Below, piece after piece: positions 10,455 through 20,027 of a DNA stretch of 64,000 nucleotides. Position numbers and translations under genes: made by a program. The stretch comes from Methylococcaceae bacterium (lineage in GTDB: Bacteria > Patescibacteriota > Microgenomatia > UBA1400 > PJMF01): assembly GCA_044370175.1 (NCBI GenBank), contig JBILVZ010000002.1:8759-72758 (forward strand), read 5' to 3'. The notes beneath the pieces are model-generated. The model was given only the letters and a program-made list of their open reading frames with translations, was not told the DNA's origin and ran no database searches. How positions within the stretch are numbered: position 1 is the first letter of the stretch; every line of letters begins with the position of its first letter.

Positions 10455-11558
10455 TTAGAAATTTCGACCTAAAAACTCTTCTGTTCTTTGTTTAAGCTCA
10501 ATACTACCTTCTCCACTTTTAGCTGAAACAAATACAACACTCTTTCCACGGTACTTAGCTGCTAATTGGGCTTGCTGACTGGGTGACAGTAAATCAATCT
10601 TATTAAATACATAGAGACGGGTTTGACTGGCGTGCAGTTCTTGGAGTATATCTTCTACTACTGTTATTTTTTCAAACATTTTTGGATCTGAAACATCTAT
10701 TACATGGAGCACTAGCTGCGCTTCCATAGACTCAAGAAGCGTAGAGCGAAATGCTTCAATGAGAATAGGTGGCAGATCATCTATAAAACCAATAGTATCA
10801 GAAATAAGCACTGCAGGAATATAGTGTTGCAGTTTTATTTTCCCGACCACAGTATCAAGTGTTGTAAATAAGGATTGATGCGATTTTTTTTGCTTTCCAG
10901 TTAAGATGTTAAATAAGGTAGTTTTACCAGCACTAGTATACCCAACGAGCGCAACAGTTTTTACACCTCTCTTTTGTCGCTCATAAATTCTTTTGCGCTG
11001 TTCATCTGCTCGCTCTTTGATCTGTTTTTCTATTCGCTGTTGAATTTTCTTTATGTTACGGCGCTCAATCTCAATATTAGTTTCTCCTAAACCTCGAGTC
11101 CCAATACCACCTCCTTGACGTGAGAGTGCAGTTTTTCCTAAACCATAAATCCGCGGACCAGTGTGTTTAACACGAGCTAGTTGTATCTGCAACTTTGCTT
11201 CAACTGAACTAGCGTGTTGTTCAAAAATATTTAGTATTAGGTCTACTCTATCCCAAACAGCGATTCTCGTATTTACTGCCCAAAGTGCACGCTCCATTCT
11301 AAAAAGTTGCCCCGAATTAACGATTGCATTTATAACCACTACTTCAATTTTCTTTTCCTGTACAACGGATTGTAGCCACTCTAATTTTCCACTGCCAATA
11401 TAGGTATTTGGGTGGGGGTGCATTCGATGTTGTATAGATTTCTCTACCACAATCCCACCGTAGGTATCAATCAGTAGCTCCGCCTCAGCCATGTTAGCGA
11501 GCGCTGCATGATGATGATAGTGTGGACCAATAACCTGTAAGATTAGGAATCGCTGCAT
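10455..11558 (-). CDS. hflX: GTPase HflX
   Basis: TYIGSGK, LILNIFEQHA..EAKLQ, GGGIGTRGLGE, GYTSAGKT, DTIGFI, NKID. Confidence 0.95.
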   Translation of the reverse strand: MQRFLILQVIGPHYHHHAALANMAEAELLIDTYGGIVVEKSIQHRMHPHPNTYIGSGKLEWLQSVVQEKKIEVVVINAIVNSGQLFRMERALWAVNTRIAVWDRVDLILNIFEQHASSVEAKLQIQLARVKHTGPRIYGLGKTALSRQGGGIGTRGLGETNIEIERRNIKKIQQRIEKQIKERADEQRKRIYERQKRGVKTVALVGYTSAGKTTLFNILTGKQKKSHQSLFTTLDTVVGKIKLQHYIPAVLISDTIGFIDDLPPILIEAFRSTLLESMEAQLVLHVIDVSDPKMFEKITVVEDILQELHASQTRLYVFNKIDLLSPSQQAQLAAKYRGKSVVFVSAKSGEGSIELKQRTEEFLGRNF

Positions 11559-11739
11559 ACTACTGCATTTGCCAAGATTTAATTATTTGTAAAGGATACA
11601 GTAGCATACTTATATTTAGTAATAAATTATCTTTAATGACATACCCTACACCCAGCTCCAGTACAATAATCAAGGTAATTGAAAACCAAACAGGCAGTAG
11701 TGAGCGAAAAACGTTTGTACATATCGTGTTGAAAATCTA

Positions 11740-11772
11740 ATTCAGTCATTTTTAAGCGAGCACAGGTACAGT
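11740..11772 (+). promoter_or_regulatory. CiaR-box-like direct repeat plus -10 element
   Basis: ATTCAG-N5-TTTAAG, then exactly 10 bp, then TACAGT. Confidence 0.6.
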
Positions 11773-11795
11773 ATACACTTAGAAAGGAGGTACAA

Positions 11796-12305
11796 ATGCA
11801 AAAAAAATTAATAATGATCGTGGCTGCAGTAGCAATTGTTGGGACAACACTACTCTCAGCTCGTGATGCATTTGCACAAACAAGTGATACAACGACGGCA
11901 CCAATGCACTCACTTGTTGAGAAGATTAGTACAAAGTTTGGTTTAAACAAGGATGCAGTAGAAGCTGTCTTTGTTGAGGAAGGTCTGGCTCGGCAAGCTG
12001 CCAGGAGAGAGCACGAAGACCAGCGACTTTCGCAGCTCGTTGCTGAAGGCAAACTCACTCAAGCTCATAAGCAACTACTTATTGCTAAACGAGATGAGCT
12101 TCGGACGCAGCGTCAGAAGGAACGTGATACGTTTCGAAACATGACTCTCAAAGAGCGACGTGCGATTATGGAAAAAAGGCATCAAGCGCTCGAAACTTGG
12201 GCAAAAGCCAACGGCATTGATCCACAATACTTACTCGAAGCAAGACACGGTGAGAAAGGTATGAGTATGAAGGGCAAAATGCCTAGCTATGCACAACCAT
12301 ACTAA
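11796..12305 (+). CDS. Secreted helical protein upstream of the two-component system (Spy/CpxP-like character)
   Basis: SD AAGGAGG, signal peptide ending AFA, charged helical body. Confidence 0.8.
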   Translation: MQKKLIMIVAAVAIVGTTLLSARDAFAQTSDTTTAPMHSLVEKISTKFGLNKDAVEAVFVEEGLARQAARREHEDQRLSQLVAEGKLTQAHKQLLIAKRDELRTQRQKERDTFRNMTLKERRAIMEKRHQALETWAKANGIDPQYLLEARHGEKGMSMKGKMPSYAQPY

Positions 12306-12336
12306 CAATACTGAATAGGACAGAATTCAGTGCTCT

Positions 12337-12363
12337 ACAGCTCCGCCTCAGCCGGAGCTGTTT
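12337..12363 (+). terminator. Hairpin / weak intrinsic terminator
   Basis: ACAGCTCCG-cctcagc-CGGAGCTGT followed by a short T run. Confidence 0.55.
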
Positions 12364-12382
12364 GAGGTATAATTACAGCAAC

Positions 12383-12415
12383 TTTAAGCCAACCTTAAGA
12401 ATTCAACTCTAAACT
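12383..12415 (+). promoter_or_regulatory. CiaR-box-like direct repeat plus -10 element (autoregulatory)
   Basis: TTTAAG-N5-CTTAAG, then exactly 10 bp, then TAAACT, 9 nt before the regulator ATG. Confidence 0.65.
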
Positions 12416-12424
12416 CTTACCTAT

Positions 12425-13096
12425 ATGAGAATATTACTTATTGAAGATGAAATAAAACTAGCACAGGCGATTAAACGTGCCTTACAGCTGCAGAAATATG
12501 CGGTTGATATCGTCAATGACGGAGCTGAAGGTCTTGATCTTGCCGTGGGAGAGCAGCCTGATCTTATTATTCTTGATGTTATGTTGCCGAGCATGGATGG
12601 AATTACGGTTTGCAAAGAACTGCGTAGGCAAAATGTGCTCACCCCAATTTTAATGCTCACAGCCAGAGGTCAAATAACTGACAAGGTTAGCGGTTTAGAT
12701 GTAGGCGCCGATGATTACATGGTGAAGCCATTTTCATTTGAAGAATTGTTTGCACGAATACGAGCACTCATTAGAAGACCGGTAGTCAGTACAGATCCTG
12801 TTTTGACGATTGATACTCTTATGTTAGATCCAAAAAGTCTCAGTGTAAAACGTTCAAACAAAGAGATTCAACTTTCTGCAAAAGAGTTCGCACTGTTGCA
12901 CTATCTAATGCGCAACCAAAACACTGTCTTGACGAAAGAACATTTAGTACAACATGTTTGGGATTATGATGCCGACATTTTACCAAGCACAATAGAAGTT
13001 CACATTAAACATTTACGCGATAAAATTGATAAGCCATTTGCTCGGCCACTTATTCACACCGTCCGAGGATTTGGCTACAAAATGGCAGATAAATAA
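12425..13096 (+). CDS. OmpR/PhoB-family response regulator
   Basis: ILLIEDE, LDVMLP, LTA, GADDYMVKPF, winged helix VHIKHLRDKI..TVRGFGY. Confidence 0.95.
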   Translation: MRILLIEDEIKLAQAIKRALQLQKYAVDIVNDGAEGLDLAVGEQPDLIILDVMLPSMDGITVCKELRRQNVLTPILMLTARGQITDKVSGLDVGADDYMVKPFSFEELFARIRALIRRPVVSTDPVLTIDTLMLDPKSLSVKRSNKEIQLSAKEFALLHYLMRNQNTVLTKEHLVQHVWDYDADILPSTIEVHIKHLRDKIDKPFARPLIHTVRGFGYKMADK

Positions 13097-13101
13097 AATC
13101 T

Positions 13102-14121
13102 ATGTTTAATTCCGCTCGCCTGAAGCTAACTGCCTGGTACATTCTTATTTTGCTATCTGTAAGTGTCTTGTTTAGTGTTGCCATATATCAAGTTTCAACT
13201 CGTGAAATACAGCAATTAATTAATAGAATTGCTGCTGATGAACAAACCAATACTGCAATGATTTTTAGGCAGCCACACCGCCCCCCACAAACTCTAACTA
13301 TAGATGAACTACGACTAGTAAAAAATCGCTTATGGGTGCGGTTACTAATTACAAATATGGTTGTATTACTGGTAGGTGGTGGCGCAAGTTATTTCTTGGC
13401 TGGAAAAACGTTACAACCAATTAAAGAAATGCTTGATGAGCATAATCAATTTATCACTGATGCATCACATGAACTGCGCACACCAATAGCTACACTTCGT
13501 GCAGAAATGGAAGCGAGCTTATTAGAACGCAAGATCACAGATGCACAAGCTCGGGTGTTGATTGCAAGTAATTTGGAAGAACTCTCATCAATTCAAGAAC
13601 TCTCTAACAAGTTACTACAGTTAGCGCAGTCCCCCACCACTCAAAAAGAAAAAGTAGTTGAAGAAGTCAGTGTTCACGAGGTAATCACAAAAGCGTATAA
13701 AAAAGTTTTAATATTAGCCAAAGGGAAAAAGATCGCTATTAAAAAAATTTTTGATCGCAATGATGCGACTATCTTGGGTAACTCAAGCGAGCTGACTGAG
13801 TTATTTGTTATCTTGCTTGATAATGCTGTTAAATACAGTGACAGCAAAACCACAGTTAGTATCAAAACACGTGTTTTAGATTCAAAGGTACTCGTTTGGG
13901 TACGTGATGAGGGGTATGGCATTGACCCTGCCGACTTGCCCAATATCTTTAAGCGTTTCTACAGAGCTGATAAGTCTAGATCACATGCAGCTGGGTATGG
14001 ACTTGGACTAGCGATTGCAAACTCAATTATAGATCGACATCAAGGTATCATAGAAGCTAAAAGTAGTCCTCATGTTGGGACCACTTTTTTAATCCATCTT
14101 CCAACTATTACTCGGTTGTAA
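13102..14121 (+). CDS. Sensor histidine kinase (CiaH-like, 2 TM)
   Basis: DASHELRTP H-box, LLDNAVKYS, DEGYGI, FYRAD, GLGLAI. Confidence 0.95.
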   Translation: MFNSARLKLTAWYILILLSVSVLFSVAIYQVSTREIQQLINRIAADEQTNTAMIFRQPHRPPQTLTIDELRLVKNRLWVRLLITNMVVLLVGGGASYFLAGKTLQPIKEMLDEHNQFITDASHELRTPIATLRAEMEASLLERKITDAQARVLIASNLEELSSIQELSNKLLQLAQSPTTQKEKVVEEVSVHEVITKAYKKVLILAKGKKIAIKKIFDRNDATILGNSSELTELFVILLDNAVKYSDSKTTVSIKTRVLDSKVLVWVRDEGYGIDPADLPNIFKRFYRADKSRSHAAGYGLGLAIANSIIDRHQGIIEAKSSPHVGTTFLIHLPTITRL

Positions 14122-14173
14122 TTTCTAGGTATGCTCAAGAGAGCATAGTCCCTTTCACATTTATTGGAAGGGT

Positions 14174-14515
14174 CTATTGTTTTATTGATTGGACTTGCTG
14201 ATACTTTGCACCCCAGTCAGCCATTTGTTGAAGAATACCTGCAAAATCACTGCCCTTTTGCGTTAAGGAATATTCTGGATATCCCAAAGATTCTTCACCT
14301 TTTTGTTTGAGTATGACTTTACATTCCTCAAGTTTTAGTAATCGCTGAGAAAGGGTACGCGGACTAATTCCAGGGAGAGAGTGCTGCAGCTGATTAAAGC
14401 GTTTACTCCCATAATAGAGATCTCTGATTATTAATGCGGTCCATTTTTCTCCAATTATCTTAAGCGCAGCTTGAATACAGCCAGGTTTTTTTTCTAATGA
14501 GGGTATTTTTTGCAT
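14174..14515 (-). CDS. HxlR-family transcriptional regulator
   Basis: GCIQAALKIIGEKWT..RFNQL..ISPRTLSQRL..YSLT; conserved N-terminal Cys. Confidence 0.93.
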   Translation of the reverse strand: MQKIPSLEKKPGCIQAALKIIGEKWTALIIRDLYYGSKRFNQLQHSLPGISPRTLSQRLLKLEECKVILKQKGEESLGYPEYSLTQKGSDFAGILQQMADWGAKYQQVQSIKQ

Positions 14516-14563
14516 ACAGTGTATACTGGCACTTTACTTTGTATAGCGATTGAATTACCATTA

Positions 14564-14580
14564 ACTATACAAAATATAGT
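14564..14580. promoter_or_regulatory. Candidate HxlR operator
   Basis: ACTATA-N5-TATAGT palindrome between the divergent hxlR-like and FMN reductase genes. Confidence 0.35.
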
Positions 14581-14599
14581 ATAACAAGAAGGAGATATA

Positions 14600-15169
14600 A
14601 TGTCACTTACAATAGCGGTTATTCTCGGCAGCACTCGACCACAGCGTGCTGGTGAAGGCATTGCCAAATGGTTCATGGCGCAAACAAAAAACTTCCCTGA
14701 GGCACGTTTTGAGTTTATAGACTTACGCGATGTCGCACTGCCATTTTTAGATGAACCCGTTCCTCCGCTGATGCAGCAGTATCAAAATGAGCACACTAAA
14801 AAGTGGTCAGAAACAGTCAAAAAGTATGATGGATACATTGTTGTCACGCCAGAATACAACCACAGCTTCCCTGCTGTTCTTAAAAATGCTTTTGACTATG
14901 TCTATCATGAGTGGGCAAAGAAGCCAATTGCCTTTGTGTCCTATGGTGCAAGTTCAGGTGGCTCACGAGCTGTAGAGCAACTACGCCAAGTTGCAGTTGA
15001 GTTGCAGATGGCACCTGTTCGCGAACAGATCATGATTCCAATGGTCTGGAGTGCTATGGATGGTGAATCCGTTAAAGCAGATCGCATCCTTGGAGATCTA
15101 CCTAGGATGATGCAAGATATCATTTGGTGGGCTGAAACCTTAAAAAAGGGACGTGAGAATCTGTCCTAA
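14600..15169 (+). CDS. NADPH-dependent FMN reductase
   Basis: GSTRPQR, TPEYNHSFPAVLKNAFD, SYG..GG.RA; SD AAGGAG. Confidence 0.95.
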   Translation: MSLTIAVILGSTRPQRAGEGIAKWFMAQTKNFPEARFEFIDLRDVALPFLDEPVPPLMQQYQNEHTKKWSETVKKYDGYIVVTPEYNHSFPAVLKNAFDYVYHEWAKKPIAFVSYGASSGGSRAVEQLRQVAVELQMAPVREQIMIPMVWSAMDGESVKADRILGDLPRMMQDIIWWAETLKKGRENLS

Positions 15170-15173
15170 GATC

Positions 15174-15205
15174 AAAAGCCTACTTCTTCGGAAGTAGGCT
15201 TTTTT
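15174..15205. terminator. Bidirectional intrinsic terminator
   Basis: AAAAGCCTACTTC-TTCG-GAAGTAGGCTTTTTT between convergent genes. Confidence 0.9.
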
Positions 15206-15256
15206 ATTTCGAGAAATGTAGGGTCTTAGCTAACTTTTTTAACCTACTACCCTCAA

Positions 15257-16423
15257 TCAACCAGACGCATCCAAGATTCCCAAAAACGTGCGGATACTCG
15301 TATACAGTCTTTTAAAATAATTACTATTGCGGGTCGTCTGAGCTACGCCAAAATATGTTGTCATATCTTGTGCAAACTTTTCGGCACTCATGGTTGGTGA
15401 GGGACTCGGAGTTGCAGTTGGAGTAGGGGTCATGGTTGGTTCAGGTGATCCCATAGGCACATTGATACGCATGTTGTCCCAGTGATAACGCACTACTTGA
15501 GCAGGTTCTCTCCATGCGATCGATGCTGCATAAACATAGGTATTGCCGGTGATTAACTCGTCTGGCAGTTGTGGCAATCCCGTCTGGTCCCAATACTTAA
15601 CTCCATTAACATAGAGCGTTATGGCGGTGGGACGGACTTCCCAGCGAAAGGCATCTCGACATCCCATATCCATAGTACCTTTTTGACATTCACGCCAGAC
15701 AGTAGCAAGCTCTCCCCAAGGACCACCACCATAGTTACTTTTTCCTGCTAATTGCCAAAACGAAGCCTCCCAAGCTCTCGTACCATCTGGTCTAAAAAGC
15801 GCCACGATAGGCAATCGATCAGCTTGCATACGCATGCCCAGTGACCAACTTCCGGTAAACTGCTCGTAGCCATACAATCCTTTATAATAATCTGTCTGTG
15901 GAGCAGCTGCGTTTGTGAGAATTACCTCATGCCAATCGTTTACGGTGTAATCTTGATGCCCAGCAGAAACAACATGTTCAACACTCAGTACACCATTTTG
16001 AAAAGTAAAGGTCGCATCAGGACGAATCATTGCCCCACCCACACCACTAGTGCTACTTGGTGCAATATCTACCATCCAGTGGTTAGCATGTAGCCAGTGT
16101 TTTGATTGTGCGACTCCACCTAGCGTTTCAAAGACTTTGTATGAGCTAGTTGGGAAGTTGGTGAGTGTTTGACCATGGGTAAAGTCATCTCTCCAGGTAT
16201 TTGCCCCTCGTACAGCGGTATCCGTACCCGTCCCTGAGACTAGACAAAAGATGGCTCGTGGTTGCTCTGCAGTTGCAGCAAGTGGGATAACATCTGAAAG
16301 ACAGGGGAGTTGTTGCGCCTTAATTGGAGAGACTGTGAAAAAGAAAGCTCCTAGAGCTATAGTTACTACTACGCCTGCTTGCACAGCCGCCATCCAACTT
16401 AAAAATATACGCGACATACCCAT
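15257..16423 (-). CDS. Secreted beta-rich hypothetical protein with Pro/Thr linker
   Basis: Signal/TM segment, Trp/Tyr-rich body, PEPTMTPTPTATPSPSPT linker, short amphipathic C-terminal helix. Confidence 0.75.
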   Translation of the reverse strand: MGMSRIFLSWMAAVQAGVVVTIALGAFFFTVSPIKAQQLPCLSDVIPLAATAEQPRAIFCLVSGTGTDTAVRGANTWRDDFTHGQTLTNFPTSSYKVFETLGGVAQSKHWLHANHWMVDIAPSSTSGVGGAMIRPDATFTFQNGVLSVEHVVSAGHQDYTVNDWHEVILTNAAAPQTDYYKGLYGYEQFTGSWSLGMRMQADRLPIVALFRPDGTRAWEASFWQLAGKSNYGGGPWGELATVWRECQKGTMDMGCRDAFRWEVRPTAITLYVNGVKYWDQTGLPQLPDELITGNTYVYAASIAWREPAQVVRYHWDNMRINVPMGSPEPTMTPTPTATPSPSPTMSAEKFAQDMTTYFGVAQTTRNSNYFKRLYTSIRTFLGILDASG

Positions 16424-16562
16424 ACAGAACCTTTCGTAAGTAGTTGCTACACACAAATATTAGGCATTATCTATATTGAAACAACTGTTGTCAAATGCGA
16501 GTGGCAAGTCCCTCAGATAGATATATCTTGGGTGATATGATACGCTTACGCAAAGGAGGATT

Positions 16563-16976
16563 ATGGCAAAAAATGAAATGATGCAAGTCTATTCGTATGG
16601 CACTTTATATTTGGTTAATTTTTTAGGTATCTACTTTGCAAACCTCTGGTTTCCTGCGCAGGTAGTGCTGGGAACTGTCACTATTTCATTACTTTGGGCA
16701 CTCATCTTGAGTGCTGGGACTACTGCACTGCTTGGGACATTGGCCATGCCATTTTTTCAAGTCTGGGAGCAGAAGCGTCAAAAAGAGCTCTCTCCTCTTG
16801 AGTGGATGGTGGGATACCTTGTAGTCAACTGTGTGAGCATTTGGCTTATTACTCGCAAGTCCGAGCTCTTTGGGATGGGCGTAAGCTCTTGGATTGTTGT
16901 GATTGCCTTAGGTATTGTCTTAAACATACTCCAAGCAATTGCAATGACCAAGCTCCAGAAGAATGCTGGCGCATAG
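16563..16976 (+). CDS. 4-TM membrane protein
   Basis: SD AAGGAGG; four hydrophobic segments. Confidence 0.8.
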   Translation: MAKNEMMQVYSYGTLYLVNFLGIYFANLWFPAQVVLGTVTISLLWALILSAGTTALLGTLAMPFFQVWEQKRQKELSPLEWMVGYLVVNCVSIWLITRKSELFGMGVSSWIVVIALGIVLNILQAIAMTKLQKNAGA

Positions 16977-16979
16977 TGC

Positions 16980-17750
16980 ATGATTTTTGCTCTTTGGCAA
17001 CCTCGATACGCTTCTTCACACATGCTAGCGCAAGCGTGTGCAAAAATGCTCGGAGAAAAAGCTACCCACACAGGGACACTTGATCCAATGGCAGAGGGTG
17101 TTTTGGTTATACTCACAGGCGAGGATCGCTATGCTAAAGGATTGCTTTCTGACTGGCAGAAAACCTATACGTTCTCCATTCTTTGGGGTCTAGCTACAGA
17201 CAGTGGGGACCAATTAGGGATGCTCACAACGGTTAGCACTCTGCAACCTGAAGTAGAAAAACTGGAAACAGTGTTTGCAGACTTTCCCACTCACTATACT
17301 CAACTCGTACCAACTTTTTCAGCACGTCGCTTTGCAGGTAAATCTAGTTTCGATTTTGGTAAAGAAAAAAAAGTAATGAGCGACAAATACAGAAACATTT
17401 CACTTACTACGCTCACTCTCACAGAGTGTGCTACTATTTCGCTTAATGAAGTTATTGAACAACAAGCAACAGCGGTGCAGTGTGTTAGTGGGAATTTTCG
17501 ACAGCGTGAGATAGCTACTGATTGGCAGCAATTGCCCAAGAGGATCAGCGCTGCTGAACAAGAGTTTTTAATAACTACAGCTACTGTCACAACTTCACCT
17601 GGCACCTACATTAGACAACTAGTGCAAGATCTTGCAAAGATCGTGGCGGTACCCGCACTAACATGGAGCATAACAAGAACAGAGAATGGTCCGTTTGGGA
17701 TGGCAGACTGCATTGCAATTGACGAGTTATCGTCGTTTGTTTCTCAATGA
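16980..17750 (+). CDS. truB: TruB-like pseudouridine synthase, catalytic domain only
   Basis: HTGTLDPMAEGVL (catalytic Asp), KTYTF..G.ATDS.D..G, Q.VP.FSA, SPGTYIRQLVQDL; no PUA domain. Confidence 0.8.
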   Translation: MIFALWQPRYASSHMLAQACAKMLGEKATHTGTLDPMAEGVLVILTGEDRYAKGLLSDWQKTYTFSILWGLATDSGDQLGMLTTVSTLQPEVEKLETVFADFPTHYTQLVPTFSARRFAGKSSFDFGKEKKVMSDKYRNISLTTLTLTECATISLNEVIEQQATAVQCVSGNFRQREIATDWQQLPKRISAAEQEFLITTATVTTSPGTYIRQLVQDLAKIVAVPALTWSITRTENGPFGMADCIAIDELSSFVSQ

Positions 17751-18356
17751 AAACCATAGCAACAAACGCATCACTAGTACCACACACATAAAAATACTAA
17801 CGATCAAACTGAGTGATGGAGGCGTTTGCATACCTTCAAGATACCAGGTCGTCCAGCGCCCATATTTGAGTAACACGACGTGAGCAAGCACAAATATGAC
17901 GGCAAGATACCCGGTGCGAAGAGTTCTCCGCCAGGCTTCACTGCCTAGCAGCTTGGTGAAGAATGTATTAGAAATACTTGCCATAATCGTAAAAATTACA
18001 AAAGCTAGGGTCCCAGTGAGCGCTGGTAACATTGCGCCCTTCATCCAAGTTTCAAGCCGAAGTAAATTCATGAATGCTCCCCAGGAAAGCACAAGATGTG
18101 TAATTGCAAAGGCAAATCCTGTCAGTCCAAAGTATTTTCGATAAATGATTATTCGATCAAAGAGGTTAAAAAAGTAGGATAGGCCACTTTGTAGCATCGA
18201 AAAACCCATTAAAATAATTGCAGTATCAGCCGCAGCTTTGTTTACTTCACCAGGTATTCCCAACCATCTGAGATAGCTATAACAAGCAGCATAGACAAGC
18301 AGTCCAATCAAACCAGAAGTGAGGTAGAATCTTATTTCACGTAGTAGCATATACAA
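17727..18356 (-). CDS. Ferric reductase-like transmembrane protein (MsrQ/YedZ-like)
   Basis: YRKYFGLTGF.F...H, SISN, WRRTLR.GY......H heme-ligand pattern. Confidence 0.8.
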   Translation of the reverse strand: MYMLLREIRFYLTSGLIGLLVYAACYSYLRWLGIPGEVNKAAADTAIILMGFSMLQSGLSYFFNLFDRIIIYRKYFGLTGFAFAITHLVLSWGAFMNLLRLETWMKGAMLPALTGTLAFVIFTIMASISNTFFTKLLGSEAWRRTLRTGYLAVIFVLAHVVLLKYGRWTTWYLEGMQTPPSLSLIVSIFMCVVLVMRLLLWFSLRNKRR

Positions 18357-18411
18357 CTACTATATACCTACTCCACAATGAATTCAAACTAGTGGTACTA
18401 TAAAAGCCAGC

Positions 18412-18846
18412 ATGCATGCAAAACAAAAAATCGTAGTTGGTACTTTCATTTGTCTTGTGACAACGATTGGACTTGGTACTACGCACCTCCTTTCTCGGCC
18501 TTCTGACTCTCCAAAAACTACCCTTGCTGAGACAGCTGGCAGCACGCATCTATTCGCACCAGAAGGCTACTTAGAGACGCTGCACGCAAAAAAAATCGAG
18601 CTTGATGGTATAGTTGTATATCGTAGCGAATTGACTAATGGTGATAAAAAAATTACCATTGATATTTCAGGACAATTGGAGACTGATTGTCCTGGCCAAG
18701 AAGAGCATCGCGGTACCCGCAAACTCTGCTACTATGCACGGGCTGGCATAAAAACTGTTCAGTTTACAAAAAATGGACTACTACACAAAATCTCCAGTAA
18801 AGATGTAAGTTTTACCGAGCTTGAGCGTATTACCGATACTTTATAA
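18412..18846 (+). CDS. Membrane-anchored hypothetical protein
   Basis: N-terminal hydrophobic anchor, one Cys pair. Confidence 0.65.
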   Translation: MHAKQKIVVGTFICLVTTIGLGTTHLLSRPSDSPKTTLAETAGSTHLFAPEGYLETLHAKKIELDGIVVYRSELTNGDKKITIDISGQLETDCPGQEEHRGTRKLCYYARAGIKTVQFTKNGLLHKISSKDVSFTELERITDTL

Positions 18847-19560
18847 TTACTCAGTTTTTTTATACAGTTTGTAAAAAATTAATGTTTTATCGAGTAACAG
18901 CACTGTCACAAACCACCAAAATCCTGCAATGTATCCTGCAACTACATCACTAAAATAATGAACCCCCAAGTAGACTCGGCTAAAACCCACCACAAGCACG
19001 TAGATCATTGAAAGTACCGTCAAGAGAACTGTTACTTTTTTGTTTCTAAAAAAATGAAAGGAAAAATAGGAAAGTAATGCACAAAAAATAAAGGCATTCA
19101 TTGCGTGGCTTGAGGGAAAACTTGGAGTCAATTCGCTAGTCAAATGTAAAACCTCAGGCCTTGGTCGCCCGATAACATACTTAAAAAATAATCCAATCAG
19201 TGTTCCAATAGAAAGAGCTAAACTAAAGAGCAAGGCCTCTTTTCGATGCTTCTTGATCAGTAAAAAAATGCTCCCTAAGCTGACTAAAATAAACGGTACT
19301 TGACCACCCAAACTTGTAAGCAGTTCCATCAGCATAGTTAGTACTGGGCTACGCCACGCTAGTACCTCAGTAGTAATCTGCATGTCAAGTGAATAGAGGT
19401 GCTTGTCTATAACTGCTTGGGTAAAGTAGAAAAATACTAGCAGTGAAAAGACAAAATAGATTATCCCCACAAGGATTTCGCTCACAACAATAAATCCTTC
19501 GCGTGTGGAGAAGGCAGCTGTACGCAGACGCTGCGATAGTCCTCTTGTTTTTATTGGCAT
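18847..19560 (-). CDS. PAP2-family phosphatase (undecaprenyl pyrophosphate phosphatase-like)
   Basis: K..IGRPRP, SFPSSH, SRVYLGVHYFSDV. Confidence 0.93.
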   Translation of the reverse strand: MPIKTRGLSQRLRTAAFSTREGFIVVSEILVGIIYFVFSLLVFFYFTQAVIDKHLYSLDMQITTEVLAWRSPVLTMLMELLTSLGGQVPFILVSLGSIFLLIKKHRKEALLFSLALSIGTLIGLFFKYVIGRPRPEVLHLTSELTPSFPSSHAMNAFIFCALLSYFSFHFFRNKKVTVLLTVLSMIYVLVVGFSRVYLGVHYFSDVVAGYIAGFWWFVTVLLLDKTLIFYKLYKKTE

Positions 19561-19564
19561 TACA

Positions 19565-19924
19565 TTAGAACAGTTGTACTAGATATGGAATAAACACAAT
19601 GCTGCCTATCACTGTGGCTGTTATAGCTGCAAGTAGCACGGCAGCAGCTGCAATATCTTTTGGCTTGCCTGCTTTTGGATACGTTTCTGGATGTACAGAA
19701 GTATGCAGATCCATAGCAGATTCAATCGCAGTATTGATTGTTTCTGCGGTGAGTACTAAGCCGATACTCGCTATTATTGCCAGCCATTCTAGTTTGCTAA
19801 TCGAGAACAACATGCCCAGCAGCACCGCAAGAATCATACAGCTGAGATGTACTTTAAAGTTGCGCTCTCTAGACATCCAGCGCAACCCAATATACGCATA
19901 GCGAAACGACAGTAACAGTTTCAT
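19565..19924 (-). CDS. dgkA: Diacylglycerol/undecaprenol kinase (DgkA family)
   Basis: SFRYAYIGL, ERNFKVH, AETINTAIE, KDIAAAAVL. Confidence 0.9.
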   Translation of the reverse strand: MKLLLSFRYAYIGLRWMSRERNFKVHLSCMILAVLLGMLFSISKLEWLAIIASIGLVLTAETINTAIESAMDLHTSVHPETYPKAGKPKDIAAAAVLLAAITATVIGSIVFIPYLVQLF

Positions 19925-20027
19925 AGAATGTACAAATCATTGTACCTGTACTCTCCATATATTTAAATAGAAAACTGACAAAAAAATCCGCCACAAATCC
20001 AACAGTACAGACTGGTATACTACACCT

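Noticed and set aside
11636-11740. 34-aa ORF upstream of the secreted protein
   Set aside because: No SD, no motif; likely chance in an intergenic region
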